DNA of 64,000 bases, taken from Candidatus Nitrospinota bacterium M3_3B_026. Lineage in GTDB: Bacteria > Nitrospinota_A > UBA7883 > JBPRGF01. Both the position numbers and the translations under genes were made by a program. This document shows, in pieces, positions 29,781-39,352 of this stretch (its first letter is position 1; every line of letters begins with the position of its first letter). The notes under the pieces were generated by a model. The model was not told the DNA's origin. It made no database searches and was given only the letters and a program-made list of their open reading frames with translations. Where the stretch lies: assembly GCA_051418015.1 (NCBI GenBank), contig JBPRGF010000024.1, positions 98,635-162,634 of the forward strand, given 5' to 3'.

Positions 29781-32123
29781 CTACTCCAGCCTCAGCCCCA
29801 AAAGCTTTTTTCGGACGGCGGCCAGTTTCCGCCCCACCTGGCCCCGCAAGCCTTTCTCCAGCCCGGCGGCCTTCAGCCTGTCGTCCTTTCCGCTGTAATA
29901 GGTCAGCGCGATGGTGTCCTTCTCCTTCACGTTCAGGGCGCCGAGAACGCGCGCGTTCGGCTTGAGCTTCATCAGCCTCACGCCCGCCCCCGGCCCGCTG
30001 AGCATGGAAACCTCCTCCACGCCGAACAACAGGCCCCGCCCGTCGCTCGACAGGATGAAAAGGAGAGGATTCCGCGCCCGGAAGACGGAAAAGACCGCGT
30101 CATCGCCCTTGACGCTGGCTATCTTCTTCCCGTTCTTGTTCGTCTCCCCCAAAGATTCGGCCGAGAAGCGAAACCCCATACCGCCCTCGGTGATGACCAT
30201 CAGCTCCGCCGCCTCGTCTATAGTCTCCCCGTATATCCTCGCCACCGCCTCTTCGCCGAGCCCGTCGAAAAGCCCGCGCTGGGATTTTTTTCCGTTCTCC
30301 CCATCCTTGACGAGGCCGATCACCGAAACAAGCCGCTCGCCGTCGCCGAGCCTGAAGAAGGCCTGGACGGGGTCGCCGAATCCGGTGGTCTGCTGTATGT
30401 CGTAGGCCTTCATGCCGTAGACCTTCCCCGCCGAGGTGAAAAAGAGGACCACGTCGCGCGTGTTCATCGGTATCCAGGAAAGCAGGCTGTCCCCCTCCTT
30501 GAAACGCAGCGTGAGGGGGTTGGCGACGCTTTTCATGCGGCGGACCCAGCCGTCCCGGGAAACTATGACGTTGGTCTCCTCGCTTTCTATAAAAGTCTCC
30601 GGGCGCCACTCAGGCTCCGCCGGAGCCGACGCCAGCATTTTCGTCCGCCGTTCGTCGCCGTACTCGCTTCGTATCTCGGCAAGCTCCTTGCGGACGAGCT
30701 TCCTAAGCTTCACCGGGCTTTTCAGGACGGATTCGATTATCTCCGCCTCGGCCGCCATCGAAGCCTTCTCCTTCCTGATTTTCGATATTTCGAGGCTCAC
30801 CAGGGCGGCCAGCCGAAGATCGAGGATCGCGTTGGCCTGGGTGTCGTCGAACCCGAATTTGCGCTTAAGGCCCATCCTGGCCTCGTCGCGGGTCTTCGAC
30901 TTGCGGATTATGGCGATGGCCGCGTCCAAGTCCTTGTAGACCTTCATCAGGGCCTGAAGGATATGCAGCCTGTCCCGAAGGATTCTCAGCTCGTAAGTCA
31001 GCCTATTTTCAGTTACTTCCAGCCTGAAATCGAGAAACGACCTTAACGCCTCCATCAAGGAGTGTCTCAAGGGTGTGGCGTCGGGCGTGAGGGCGGTCAT
31101 GTTGACCGGAAAGTTAATCTGCAGGTCCGAATGTTTGTAGATATAGCTCATGACCTGGGCCGGGTCCACGTTCTGGCTTTTCGGCTCCAGGACTATCCTG
31201 ATCTTCTCCGTGGATTCGTCGCGTATGTCCACTATCGCCGGCAGTTTCTTTGAGATGATATGTTCGGCGATCTTTTCTATCAGCCTGCTTTTGTTAACGG
31301 TGTAAGGGATCGACGTTATGACGATCAGCCACTTGCCGCGCTTCAGGTCCTCCTTGTTCCATTCGCCGCGGACTCTTATGGAGCCCTTGCCGGTCTCGTA
31401 AACGTCCAGAAGCTCCTTTTTGGAGGCGATGATCTGGCCTCCGGTGGGGAAGTCCGGCCCCTTTACGTGTTTCAGCAGGCCCCTGGTGTCGATCTTCGGG
31501 TCGTCGATCATCGCCGTGAGGGCGTTTATGACCTCGGTCAGGTTGTGCGGCGGTATGTTTGTGGCCAGCCCCACGGCGATCCCCGCCGCGCCGTTGACCA
31601 GCAGGTTCGGGAACCTCGCCGGCAGGAGCTTCGGCTCGATGTTCGTCTCGTCGTAAGTAGGGGCGAAATCGACCGTCTCCTTTTTCAGATCCCTCAAAAG
31701 CTCCCCGGCGATTCTGCTCAGCCTCGCCTCGGTATAGCGCATGGCCGCGGCTGAGTCGCCGTCGATATTGCCGAAGTTGCCCTGACCTTCCACCAGCGGG
31801 TAGCGCAGCGAAAAGTCCTGCGCCAGGCGGACCATGGTGTCGTAGACGGCCTGGTCGCCATGGGGATGGTATTTTCCGATCACGTCGCCGACGACGGCGG
31901 CGGATTTGCGGAACCGTGATTCGGCGTCGAGCTTCATCTGGCCCATGGCGTAGAGCACCCTGCGGTGGGCCGGCTTCAGCCCGTCGCGAACGTCCGGCAG
32001 GGCGCGCGACACGATGGTGGAAAGGGCATAAGCCAGAAACCGCGATTCAAGCTCCTCCTTGAGGATCGCCGCCGCTGTCTCGCCGCCGCCTTCCTTGCCT
32101 TTCCGGCCGAATTTAGCGCCCAT
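29781..32123 (-). CDS. parC: Type IIA topoisomerase A subunit (topo IV-like)
   Basis: [26 protein letters not shown]-terminal domain has no recognisable GyrA-box (QxRGGKG). Confidence 0.8.
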   Translation of the reverse strand: MGAKFGRKGKEGGGETAAAILKEELESRFLAYALSTIVSRALPDVRDGLKPAHRRVLYAMGQMKLDAESRFRKSAAVVGDVIGKYHPHGDQAVYDTMVRLAQDFSLRYPLVEGQGNFGNIDGDSAAAMRYTEARLSRIAGELLRDLKKETVDFAPTYDETNIEPKLLPARFPNLLVNGAAGIAVGLATNIPPHNLTEVINALTAMIDDPKIDTRGLLKHVKGPDFPTGGQIIASKKELLDVYETGKGSIRVRGEWNKEDLKRGKWLIVITSIPYTVNKSRLIEKIAEHIISKKLPAIVDIRDESTEKIRIVLEPKSQNVDPAQVMSYIYKHSDLQINFPVNMTALTPDATPLRHSLMEALRSFLDFRLEVTENRLTYELRILRDRLHILQALMKVYKDLDAAIAIIRKSKTRDEARMGLKRKFGFDDTQANAILDLRLAALVSLEISKIRKEKASMAAEAEIIESVLKSPVKLRKLVRKELAEIRSEYGDERRTKMLASAPAEPEWRPETFIESEETNVIVSRDGWVRRMKSVANPLTLRFKEGDSLLSWIPMNTRDVVLFFTSAGKVYGMKAYDIQQTTGFGDPVQAFFRLGDGERLVSVIGLVKDGENGKKSQRGLFDGLGEEAVARIYGETIDEAAELMVITEGGMGFRFSAESLGETNKNGKKIASVKGDDAVFSVFRARNPLLFILSSDGRGLLFGVEEVSMLSGPGAGVRLMKLKPNARVLGALNVKEKDTIALTYYSGKDDRLKAAGLEKGLRGQVGRKLAAVRKKLLGLRLE

Positions 32124-32272
32124 GGTATGAATATATTTAAATCAGGATAAATAAACTGAAATCATTATACATATATCCAACCTTTATAGCCTACCGCCGC
32201 CATCGCCGTCAACAATCCTTTGGAGCTGTAAGTCCTTTACACCCGTCATGTTCGCCGCTAACATTCCAGAGT

Positions 32273-33016
32273 ATGACGGATAAATCGAAAGTGGCGCTGG
32301 TGACCGGCGCGGCGAGAAGGCTGGGGCGCGCGATCGCCCTGAAACTTTCTGAAAACGGCTGGCGCGTGGCTGTTCATTACCGGAGCTCGGACAGAGAGGC
32401 CGCCTCCCTGGCCGAGAGGATCAACGCGGCCGGAGGCGAGGGGTCGGCGAAAACTTTCAAGGCCGATCTGAACAACATCTCCGAGTGTGTCAGGCTGCCG
32501 CACGAGGTCTGCGAAGCCTTCGGCAGGCTCGATCTTCTTGTGAACAACGCCTCGATATTCCAGAAAAGCGGAGTGGAACAGATTACCCCGGAGGCCATCG
32601 AGAGATATCATGCCACCCATGTCGTCGCCCCGGCGGCGCTATCCATGGAGGCTTCGAGGCGCCTCGGGGAGGCCGCGCCCGGCAGGATCGTGAACATTGT
32701 CGATGTCTACGCCAGCTACCCCAAAAAGGGCTACTTGCCCTACACGATATCCAAGGCCGGTCTGAAGGCGCTCACGAGGCAGCTTGCCGTGGAGCTCGCC
32801 CCGGACGTTCTGGTCAACGCCGTGGCGCCTGGGGCCATATTGGAGCCTTCCGGCGGCGCGGGGGAGGAGACGGTGAAGGCGATCGAGGCGCGGATACCTC
32901 TCGGCCGGTTCGGCTCGCCGGAGGATATCTCGAAGACGGTCTTGTTCCTTGCCCAGGCGGACTACATCACTGGCCAGACCGTTGTCGTGGATGGGGGACG
33001 GTCGCTCAACATATGA
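32273..33016 (+). CDS. SDR oxidoreductase, pteridine reductase/FolM-like
   Basis: TGAARRLG, VHYR, LVNNASIF, YTISK, VNAVAPG. Confidence 0.88.
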   Translation: MTDKSKVALVTGAARRLGRAIALKLSENGWRVAVHYRSSDREAASLAERINAAGGEGSAKTFKADLNNISECVRLPHEVCEAFGRLDLLVNNASIFQKSGVEQITPEAIERYHATHVVAPAALSMEASRRLGEAAPGRIVNIVDVYASYPKKGYLPYTISKAGLKALTRQLAVELAPDVLVNAVAPGAILEPSGGAGEETVKAIEARIPLGRFGSPEDISKTVLFLAQADYITGQTVVVDGGRSLNI

Positions 33017-35007
33017 GGTTATTCAGGCGCAACCCCCTGCTTTTTCTATTTCTAGCCTCCTTCGCGGTCCTTTTCGGAAGCTTTCTCGGGCTGCTTGTGG
33101 CGATGTATCACGACCTGCCGAAGGTCCGCGGTCTGGAGGAGTATCGCCCCAACGTCGTCACAAGGATACTGGACAGCGACGACCGCAGGATCGCGGAGCT
33201 TTTCAGGGAAAAGAGGTTCTGGGTCTCTTACGACGACGTTCCACGAATTCTTGTAGACGCCGTCCTCGCCACGGAGGATGACGAGTTCTTCGAGCACAAG
33301 GGGATACGGTTCTTGAGCATCCTGCGCGCTCTTCTCGTGGACATCAGGATGGGCAGGATGGCCCAGGGCGGCTCCACCATCACCCAGCAGCTCGCCAAGC
33401 AGCTTTTCCTGACGCCGGAGAAGAACGTAATCAGGAAAATAAAGGAGGCGCTGCTGGCCATCCAGGTCGAGAAAAGATACACGAAAAGGGAGATACTGGA
33501 GCTTTACCTGAACCAAATATACCTCGGGGCCGGCGCTTATGGCGTCGAGGCCGCCGCGCAGGTTTACTTCGGCAAGTCAGTTAAAGACCTCGACCTCGCC
33601 GAGGCGGCGCTGATAGCGGGCCTTCCCCGCGCCCCCAGCCGCTATTCTCCCTTTGAAAACAAGCACCTGGCAAGGCAGCGCCGGGCGACGGTCTTGAGCA
33701 GGATGAGGGCCGAAGGTTACATAACGAAGGAGGCCGAGGCGAGAGCCGCCGCCGAGCCGATCCTCCTCAACAGGGAAATGCAGGAGCAGGCTGTCGCGGG
33801 GCATTTCGTGGAGATGGTCAGAAAATACCTGGAGGAGACCTACGGTACGGAGAGGGTGTACCGCGAGGGGCTTATTATCAGGACCACGCTCGATATGGAC
33901 CTTCAGGCGTTCGCGGCCGAAGCGGTAAAAAAGGGCGCCGCCGCGGTGAACGAGCGGGTTCTCGCATCGGGGCTTGACTCCGGCGGCGGGCCCGTGGAGG
34001 CGGCGCTTGTCGCCATACGGCCGGAAGACGGCGCGATCCTGGCCCTGGTGGGAGGGACGGATTTTGAAAGGTCGAAGTTCAACAGGGCCGTACAGGCAAA
34101 GCGGCAGCCCGGCTCGGCCTTCAAGCCTTTCGTATACCTTGCCGCCCTGGAAAAAGGCTACTCCCCGGCGGACATAATCATAGACTCACCGGTCTCCTTC
34201 CCCAGGCCCGGCGGCGGAGGCGCCTGGAAACCCGTGAACTTCTCGAACAGGTTCTACGGTCCCGTGACCCTGAGGAAGGCGCTTGAAAATTCGTTGAACG
34301 TGGCGACGGTAAAGCTGCTCGACCGCGTGGGCCTGGACGCCGCGCTGGACGCCGCCTGGCGGGCGGGGATACGCTCGCCCCTGCCGGGCTACCTCTCTGT
34401 TGCCTTGGGCTCCGGGGAAGTTACGCCCCTGGAGCTGACCTCGGCCTACGCCACGCTCGCCAACCGGGGGTTGCGCGCGAAGCCGCGCTTTATCGTCTCT
34501 GTCACGAGCGCCGACGGTGAGATCCTGGAGGAAAACGATCCCGTCATCTCCGACGCCGTTCGGCCCGAGGAGGCGTATGTTCTCACCAACATGCTGAAAG
34601 GGGTGGTCGACAACGGGACAGGGAAGATCGCCGGAGCGCTCGACCGCCCTGTCGCCGCGAAGACCGGTACCACCAGCGGCTTCAAGGACGCCTGGTTCGC
34701 CGGATATACGCCCGGCCTCGCCGCGGGAGTCTGGGTCGGTTTCGACGATGGCCACCCGCTGGGAAGCGGTGAGACGGGGGGCCACACGGCCGGCCCCATC
34801 TGGGTGGATTTCATGTCCCGAGCGCTCAGGGACAGGCCGGTGGCGCATTTCAGGCCGCCGGAGAGGATAGCCGCCCGCCTGATAGACCGCGACTCCGGCA
34901 AGCTGGCCACCGCCATGTGCGAAAACACCATGATGGAGATATTCGTGGAGGGCACGGAGCCGGTGGAGTATTGCGGCCTGGAACGGACGGGCCGGGACAG
35001 GCTTTAG
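33013..35007 (+). CDS. Penicillin-binding protein 1A family (transglycosylase/transpeptidase)
   Basis: EDDEFFEH, GGSTITQQL, RKIKE, SAFK, SLN, KTGT; ATGA overlap with upstream gene. Confidence 0.95.
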   Translation: MRLFRRNPLLFLFLASFAVLFGSFLGLLVAMYHDLPKVRGLEEYRPNVVTRILDSDDRRIAELFREKRFWVSYDDVPRILVDAVLATEDDEFFEHKGIRFLSILRALLVDIRMGRMAQGGSTITQQLAKQLFLTPEKNVIRKIKEALLAIQVEKRYTKREILELYLNQIYLGAGAYGVEAAAQVYFGKSVKDLDLAEAALIAGLPRAPSRYSPFENKHLARQRRATVLSRMRAEGYITKEAEARAAAEPILLNREMQEQAVAGHFVEMVRKYLEETYGTERVYREGLIIRTTLDMDLQAFAAEAVKKGAAAVNERVLASGLDSGGGPVEAALVAIRPEDGAILALVGGTDFERSKFNRAVQAKRQPGSAFKPFVYLAALEKGYSPADIIIDSPVSFPRPGGGGAWKPVNFSNRFYGPVTLRKALENSLNVATVKLLDRVGLDAALDAAWRAGIRSPLPGYLSVALGSGEVTPLELTSAYATLANRGLRAKPRFIVSVTSADGEILEENDPVISDAVRPEEAYVLTNMLKGVVDNGTGKIAGALDRPVAAKTGTTSGFKDAWFAGYTPGLAAGVWVGFDDGHPLGSGETGGHTAGPIWVDFMSRALRDRPVAHFRPPERIAARLIDRDSGKLATAMCENTMMEIFVEGTEPVEYCGLERTGRDRL

Positions 35008-35075
35008 CGGGCCGGGAAAAAGCTTTCGGAGGCGCCGAGGCGCCTCTGACACACCGCCGCGCGAAAAGCCGCCGC

Positions 35076-35105
35076 GGGATTCTTCGGCGCCGCCTCAGAA
35101 TGACA
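35076..35105. repeat. Solitary right arm of REP family A
   Basis: GGGATTCTTCGGCGCCGCCTCAGAATGACA resembles the GATCCTTCG...CTCAGGATGACA arm. Confidence 0.6.
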
Positions 35106-35144
35106 ATCGAAAACGGTTTTTCACCTCTCGCAGGCCCGCGGGCG

Positions 35145-35876
35145 TCATTTTCCGGCGAGGATCTTTTTGAAAACCGCGGCGTTGGCGGGCGCGTGGGCGT
35201 TGTAGTCATTGTTGAAAAAGGCGTAAAGCTCCCGCCCGCGCAAAAGCGGCTTTATGCGCCCGGCCCAGCCTGAAAGCTCATCGCGGGAGTAGTTATACCG
35301 GTAAAGCTCCTTTCCCATGCCGTGAAACCGGAGGTACAGAAAATCCGCCGTGGGGATGATGTCGTCCGGCAGCGCTGGATGGCTCACGGAGACGAAGGCT
35401 GCCTCGTGACGCTCTAAGAGCTTGGCCGTCTCATCGTCCCACCAGCTTTCATGGCGGAACTCGACGGCGTGGCGGATTTTTTTCGGAAGGCCGGAGAGAA
35501 ACTCATCGAGCCTGTCCGTGTCTCTTCCCAGCGATGGCGGCAGCTGCCACAGGATAACCTTCAGGCTCTTGAGCTGGAGGACGCGGTCAAGGAACTTTTT
35601 CAGCGGATCGGCGCAGTCCTTCAGCTTTTTCAGATGCGTCACCCTGCGAGGACCTTTTACGACGAGGTGGTATCCGGGGTCGAGCCTGCGGTTCCACGAG
35701 TCTATCATCCCCTGGAAGGGCGTCCTGTAGAAGGTGGCGTTCACCTCCACGGTGTCGAACCTCTCCGCGTAATAGGCGAGCCTGTCCGTCCCCTTCACGC
35801 CGGGAGGATAAAACTTCCCTGACCAGTCGTCATACGTCCAGCCCGACGTTCCCACGTGGATTTTCTTTGACGCCAT
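35145..35876 (-). CDS. DUF72 (YecE-like) protein
   Basis: VGTSGW, VEVNATFY, QLPPS, EFRHESW, YLRFHG, FFNND. Confidence 0.92.
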   Translation of the reverse strand: MASKKIHVGTSGWTYDDWSGKFYPPGVKGTDRLAYYAERFDTVEVNATFYRTPFQGMIDSWNRRLDPGYHLVVKGPRRVTHLKKLKDCADPLKKFLDRVLQLKSLKVILWQLPPSLGRDTDRLDEFLSGLPKKIRHAVEFRHESWWDDETAKLLERHEAAFVSVSHPALPDDIIPTADFLYLRFHGMGKELYRYNYSRDELSGWAGRIKPLLRGRELYAFFNNDYNAHAPANAAVFKKILAGK

Positions 35877-36107
35877 CCGCGTTGTCCTCCCATGCCGCCG
35901 CGTTGCCCCTTGGTTGATTTTCTCATCATGGGCCTTGCTGGACAACGGATATCGCGGAGTCCGGAAATTCCTGCCGGCAAGGCCTCCGCCCGGCGCGGCG
36001 GCGTCATGAAAAAATATTGCCTCCTTTCATATCTTTTGTGTTTTTTTCTGTGTATACTTGTTAATAATTTTTGGGGAGGTCTCTCGGGGGCTTTTCTTTG
36101 GTGGGGC

Positions 36108-37577
36108 ATGGGTCTTAGGAAAATCGGCGCCGTCGATCTCAGGGTCGGCATGACGGTGCGGGAGGTGGAGAGTTCCTGGCTTTTCTCCCCGCTGAAGAGC
36201 AAAAACTTCACCATCACCTCGAAAGAGGACATTCAGAAACTTCTCTCCTACGGCATAGAGAACGTCTATATAGACGAAAAGGACGCCGCGGCGCTGGAGG
36301 CGGAGCCGGAGAGCGCCGCCGTCTCTCCCGAGAAGACCTTCGCCGTTCCCGTCTCCGCGCTTTCCTACGGCGCTGACCTTGCGGTCGATATCTACCTTGC
36401 CCGGGATGACGGCAGCCTGAGCCTTGTGCTGAAAAAGGGCTCTTTTTACAGCTACGACGCCTGCGAGCTGATACAGTCCTCCGGCATAGAGGAAGTCCGC
36501 GTTCTGGAGAGCCAGAGGGAGGATTACGAGCGTTACAGGGCCGCCATGGCCCGGGAGCGGGAGAAGCTCTCCGGCGAGGGTTTCGAGGGGCGGTATCTCG
36601 ATCCCGCCAACGTGGAGGAGCATTACCGCTTCATGGCGGAGTATTTTCCCATCAGCCATTTCGTCCTGGAGCCGGGTTCCTCCACGGGGTTCGACATCTT
36701 CATCCGGAGCGACGGCGCGATGAAAAAGGCGTTGGACGCGAACGGCCTCCTGAAGGAGGAGGCGCTGGCCTTCTGGCGGGAGATGGACGCGTACCTGGTG
36801 ATCCACAACAGCGACAGGCTGGCGTACCGCGAATATATCGCCCGCCACGCGAAAGCGTCGAAAGACAGGGTTGTCAGGGCCTCCTACGTGCGCGAGACGG
36901 CGCGTCTGACGCTGGCCGACCTGGCGAGGGACCCCCGCTCCGAGAAGGTCGTGGGGGCGGTGAGGGATTCCGTGGAGGACATAATCGGGATAATACTCGA
37001 CAACCCCAGCGCGTTTTACGCCCTGATGCGGGTGAACAGCCATGACTACTACACCTTCACCCATTCGGTGAACGTCGCCACGCTTTCCCTGGCGCTTGGG
37101 CTGGGGGCCGGGATGACCCGCCGTGACGGTCTGACGGAGCTGGGCCTTGGGGGGATGTTGCACGACATCGGGAAAAGCTTCATGGACCCCCGGCTGCTGA
37201 ACAAGCCAGGCAGGCTGACCATCGACGAATACGAGGTGATAAAGGAGCACGTGCCGCGTGGATACGAGATGCTCATAAAATCTGACATCATCCCAGCCCT
37301 GTCGCTGGACACGGTCATACAGCACCACGAGCGGCTTTCCGGAACGGGCTACCCGAAGGGGCTCGACGGGCAAAACATAAACAGTTTCGGGAGGATCTGC
37401 GCCATAGCGGACGCCTATGACGCCCTCACCACGAAAAGGCCATACCGGGCCGCTCTCACCCCGTTTGCCGCCCTGAACCTGATGTCCGCCGACAGGGAAG
37501 GGTTCGACCGGGGCTTTTTCGCTCTTCTCGTAAAGCTCCTCCACAAGCAGCAGGCCCCCGGCTCCGGAGATGGGTGA
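36108..37577 (+). CDS. HD-GYP cyclic di-GMP phosphodiesterase with DUF3391-like N-terminus
   Basis: HSVNV, LHDIGK, HHERLSGTGYPKGL, ADAYDALTTKRPY. Confidence 0.9.
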   Translation: MGLRKIGAVDLRVGMTVREVESSWLFSPLKSKNFTITSKEDIQKLLSYGIENVYIDEKDAAALEAEPESAAVSPEKTFAVPVSALSYGADLAVDIYLARDDGSLSLVLKKGSFYSYDACELIQSSGIEEVRVLESQREDYERYRAAMAREREKLSGEGFEGRYLDPANVEEHYRFMAEYFPISHFVLEPGSSTGFDIFIRSDGAMKKALDANGLLKEEALAFWREMDAYLVIHNSDRLAYREYIARHAKASKDRVVRASYVRETARLTLADLARDPRSEKVVGAVRDSVEDIIGIILDNPSAFYALMRVNSHDYYTFTHSVNVATLSLALGLGAGMTRRDGLTELGLGGMLHDIGKSFMDPRLLNKPGRLTIDEYEVIKEHVPRGYEMLIKSDIIPALSLDTVIQHHERLSGTGYPKGLDGQNINSFGRICAIADAYDALTTKRPYRAALTPFAALNLMSADREGFDRGFFALLVKLLHKQQAPGSGDG

Positions 37578-37657
37578 AGCATGCGCCAAGGGATGGTTGG
37601 ACGGGGTTTGTGGACCCGCGGGCGTGGGGCCTGTTCCTTGTTGTCCTTCAGATGATA

Positions 37658-37734
37658 TGGTAGCGGAGGAGGGACTCGAACCCCCGACGCAGCGGATATG
37701 AGCCGCTTGCTCTAACCACCTGAGCTACTCCGCC
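37658..37734 (-). tRNA. tRNA-Met(CAT), probably elongator
   Basis: GGCGGAGTAGCTCAGGTGGTTAGAGC...CTCATAT...GGTTCGAGTCC...ACCA, 77 nt; lacks the initiator C1:A72 mismatch and the three G-C anticodon-stem pairs; Ile2 not fully excluded. Confidence 0.9.
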
Positions 37735-37903
37735 CCTGGTCAGGCTTGCCGCCTTTTTCTGTTTTTTCACGAGGCCCGGCGCCATCGGCGTCCAGCGTGA
37801 CGTCCCTCGTGAACTCCCGGCAGTGAAGCTCGGAAGACTCATACCGGAACTTCAACGCGCATGTGGCTCGCCAGGCGCACACGGCGCATTCTGTCAAGGA
37901 CAT
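37712..37903 (-). CDS. Small Cys-rich protein (CxxCAWRxxC...C) between two tRNAs
   Basis: 63 aa MSLTECAVCAWRATC...HCREFTRDV; fills the whole spacer; resembles small proteins I recall from anaerobic lineages (unverified). Confidence 0.65.
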   Translation of the reverse strand: MSLTECAVCAWRATCALKFRYESSELHCREFTRDVTLDADGAGPREKTEKGGKPDQGRSSSGG

Positions 37904-37917
37904 CGAATTTTCAAAAA

Positions 37918-37994
<77 letters not shown>

Positions 37995-38007
37995 GCAAAA
38001 GACTAAA

Positions 38008-38036
38008 ATTATATGCGCGCCCCTGTGCGCTGTCAA
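38008..38036 (-). promoter_or_regulatory. Consensus sigma70 promoter for the tRNA unit
   Basis: TTGACA-17 nt-TATAAT on the minus strand, ending 13 nt upstream of tRNA-Asp. Confidence 0.9.
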
Positions 38037-38248
38037 TTCAATTTTATCATATCGGGGCTCGTCGAAACGCTCCCGCGCGGCTTCGGAGCCGATGAGCTCC
38101 CCGAGGCCGAAGGCCCGAAAGACCTCGCCTTTTGGAAAAAAATCAAACAGGCCCACTGTCCGTTCCGTGGTCTCCTTCCTTGATTCCCGGATAAAGTTGG
38201 TGGAGCGCGAGCCAGGGATAGCAAGACATGGTCATCAACAAAAACATG

Positions 38249-38332
38249 CTCCCCCTCAACGGGGGAGGATTAAGGTGGGGGTGATGTTAATTATACCCCC
38301 TCCCCTTGATCCCCTCCCGCCGGGGGAGGGGA
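38249..38332. repeat. REP-like family B palindrome pair
   Basis: CTCCCCCTCAACGGGGGAG..AAGGTGGGGGT and ACCCCCTCCCCTT..TCCCCTCCCGCCGGGGGAGGGGA. Confidence 0.7.
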
Positions 38333-38434
38333 TAATAGAAACGCATATCCGGGAATCAGGGGGTCTCCTTGCCTTCACGCCCTTAATGGTTTAAACTGTG
38401 GCGCGGGTGTAAATTATTGTAACTATAGCGTGTT

Positions 38435-39352
38435 ATGCGTGATGAGCGGGGCCGGCCCCTGATCTTCGGGGAGGTTTTGTACGACGTTTTTCACGACGGC
38501 GCCGCCGTGCTGGGGGGGGCTCCTTTCAACGTGGCCTGGAATCTGCGCGGTTTCGGGCTGGATCCTCTTTTCATCAGCCGGGTGGGGGACGACGGGCGCG
38601 GCCGGGGTGTGCTTGAGTCCATGGCCGCCTGGGGCCTGGACACGGACGGCGTCCAGGTGGACCCGGAGCGCGCCACGGGGGTCGTGGAGGTCTCCCTGGA
38701 GGGGGGGCAGCCGAGTTTCAACATTCATCCCGGCCGGGCCTGGGATTTCATAGAGAGCGGCGCGTCGCTTGAAGCCGCGGCCGGAGGCGATTTCTCCATC
38801 CTGTACCACGGAACGCTCATAGCCCGGTCGGAAACGTCCAGGCGGACCCTGGCGTCGTTGAGGGAGGCGGTCAGCGCGCCGGTTTTCGTGGACGTGAACC
38901 TGCGTCCGCCCTGGTGGACACAACAGAGCGTCCATGCCTCCCTCGACGGGGCCGCGTGGGCCAAGCTCAACCACGACGAGCTTTTTGAGTTGTCCCGCTC
39001 CGCGGGACATTCCACGGCCGGGGCGCCCGGCGCGGCGGAGTGGCTTCTGGGCGAGTTCGGCCTAGACGGGCTCGTCGTCACCATGGGCGCCGAAGGCGCG
39101 ATGATGCTCACCCGGGGCGGAGATGTGTATCGGCAAAGTCCACATGACGTTGAGAACGTGGTGGACACCGTCGGCGCCGGTGACGCTTTCAGCGCCGTTG
39201 TCATGCTTGGTCTTGCCGGGGGTTGGTCCGTGGAGTTGACGCTTGCGCGCGCCGTGGCCTTCGCCTCGGACGTTTGCGGGATGCGCGGCGCCACCACCCG
39301 TGATAGGGGAATCTACGAGGCGCGCGCCGCCCAGTGGGGGATTTCGGTTTGA
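38435..39352 (+). CDS. PfkB-family carbohydrate kinase (fructokinase-like)
   Basis: FGEVLYD, GGAPFNVA, DVNLR, KLNHDEL, DTVGAGDAF; first gene of the sucrose cluster. Confidence 0.92.
   Translation: MRDERGRPLIFGEVLYDVFHDGAAVLGGAPFNVAWNLRGFGLDPLFISRVGDDGRGRGVLESMAAWGLDTDGVQVDPERATGVVEVSLEGGQPSFNIHPGRAWDFIESGASLEAAAGGDFSILYHGTLIARSETSRRTLASLREAVSAPVFVDVNLRPPWWTQQSVHASLDGAAWAKLNHDELFELSRSAGHSTAGAPGAAEWLLGEFGLDGLVVTMGAEGAMMLTRGGDVYRQSPHDVENVVDTVGAGDAFSAVVMLGLAGGWSVELTLARAVAFASDVCGMRGATTRDRGIYEARAAQWGISV

Noticed and set aside
32485..33012. 840-aa extended PBP1A and 526-aa extended deacetylase from the ORF track
   Set aside because: The extensions overlap upstream genes; stop/start overlaps at 33013 and 1171 give better starts
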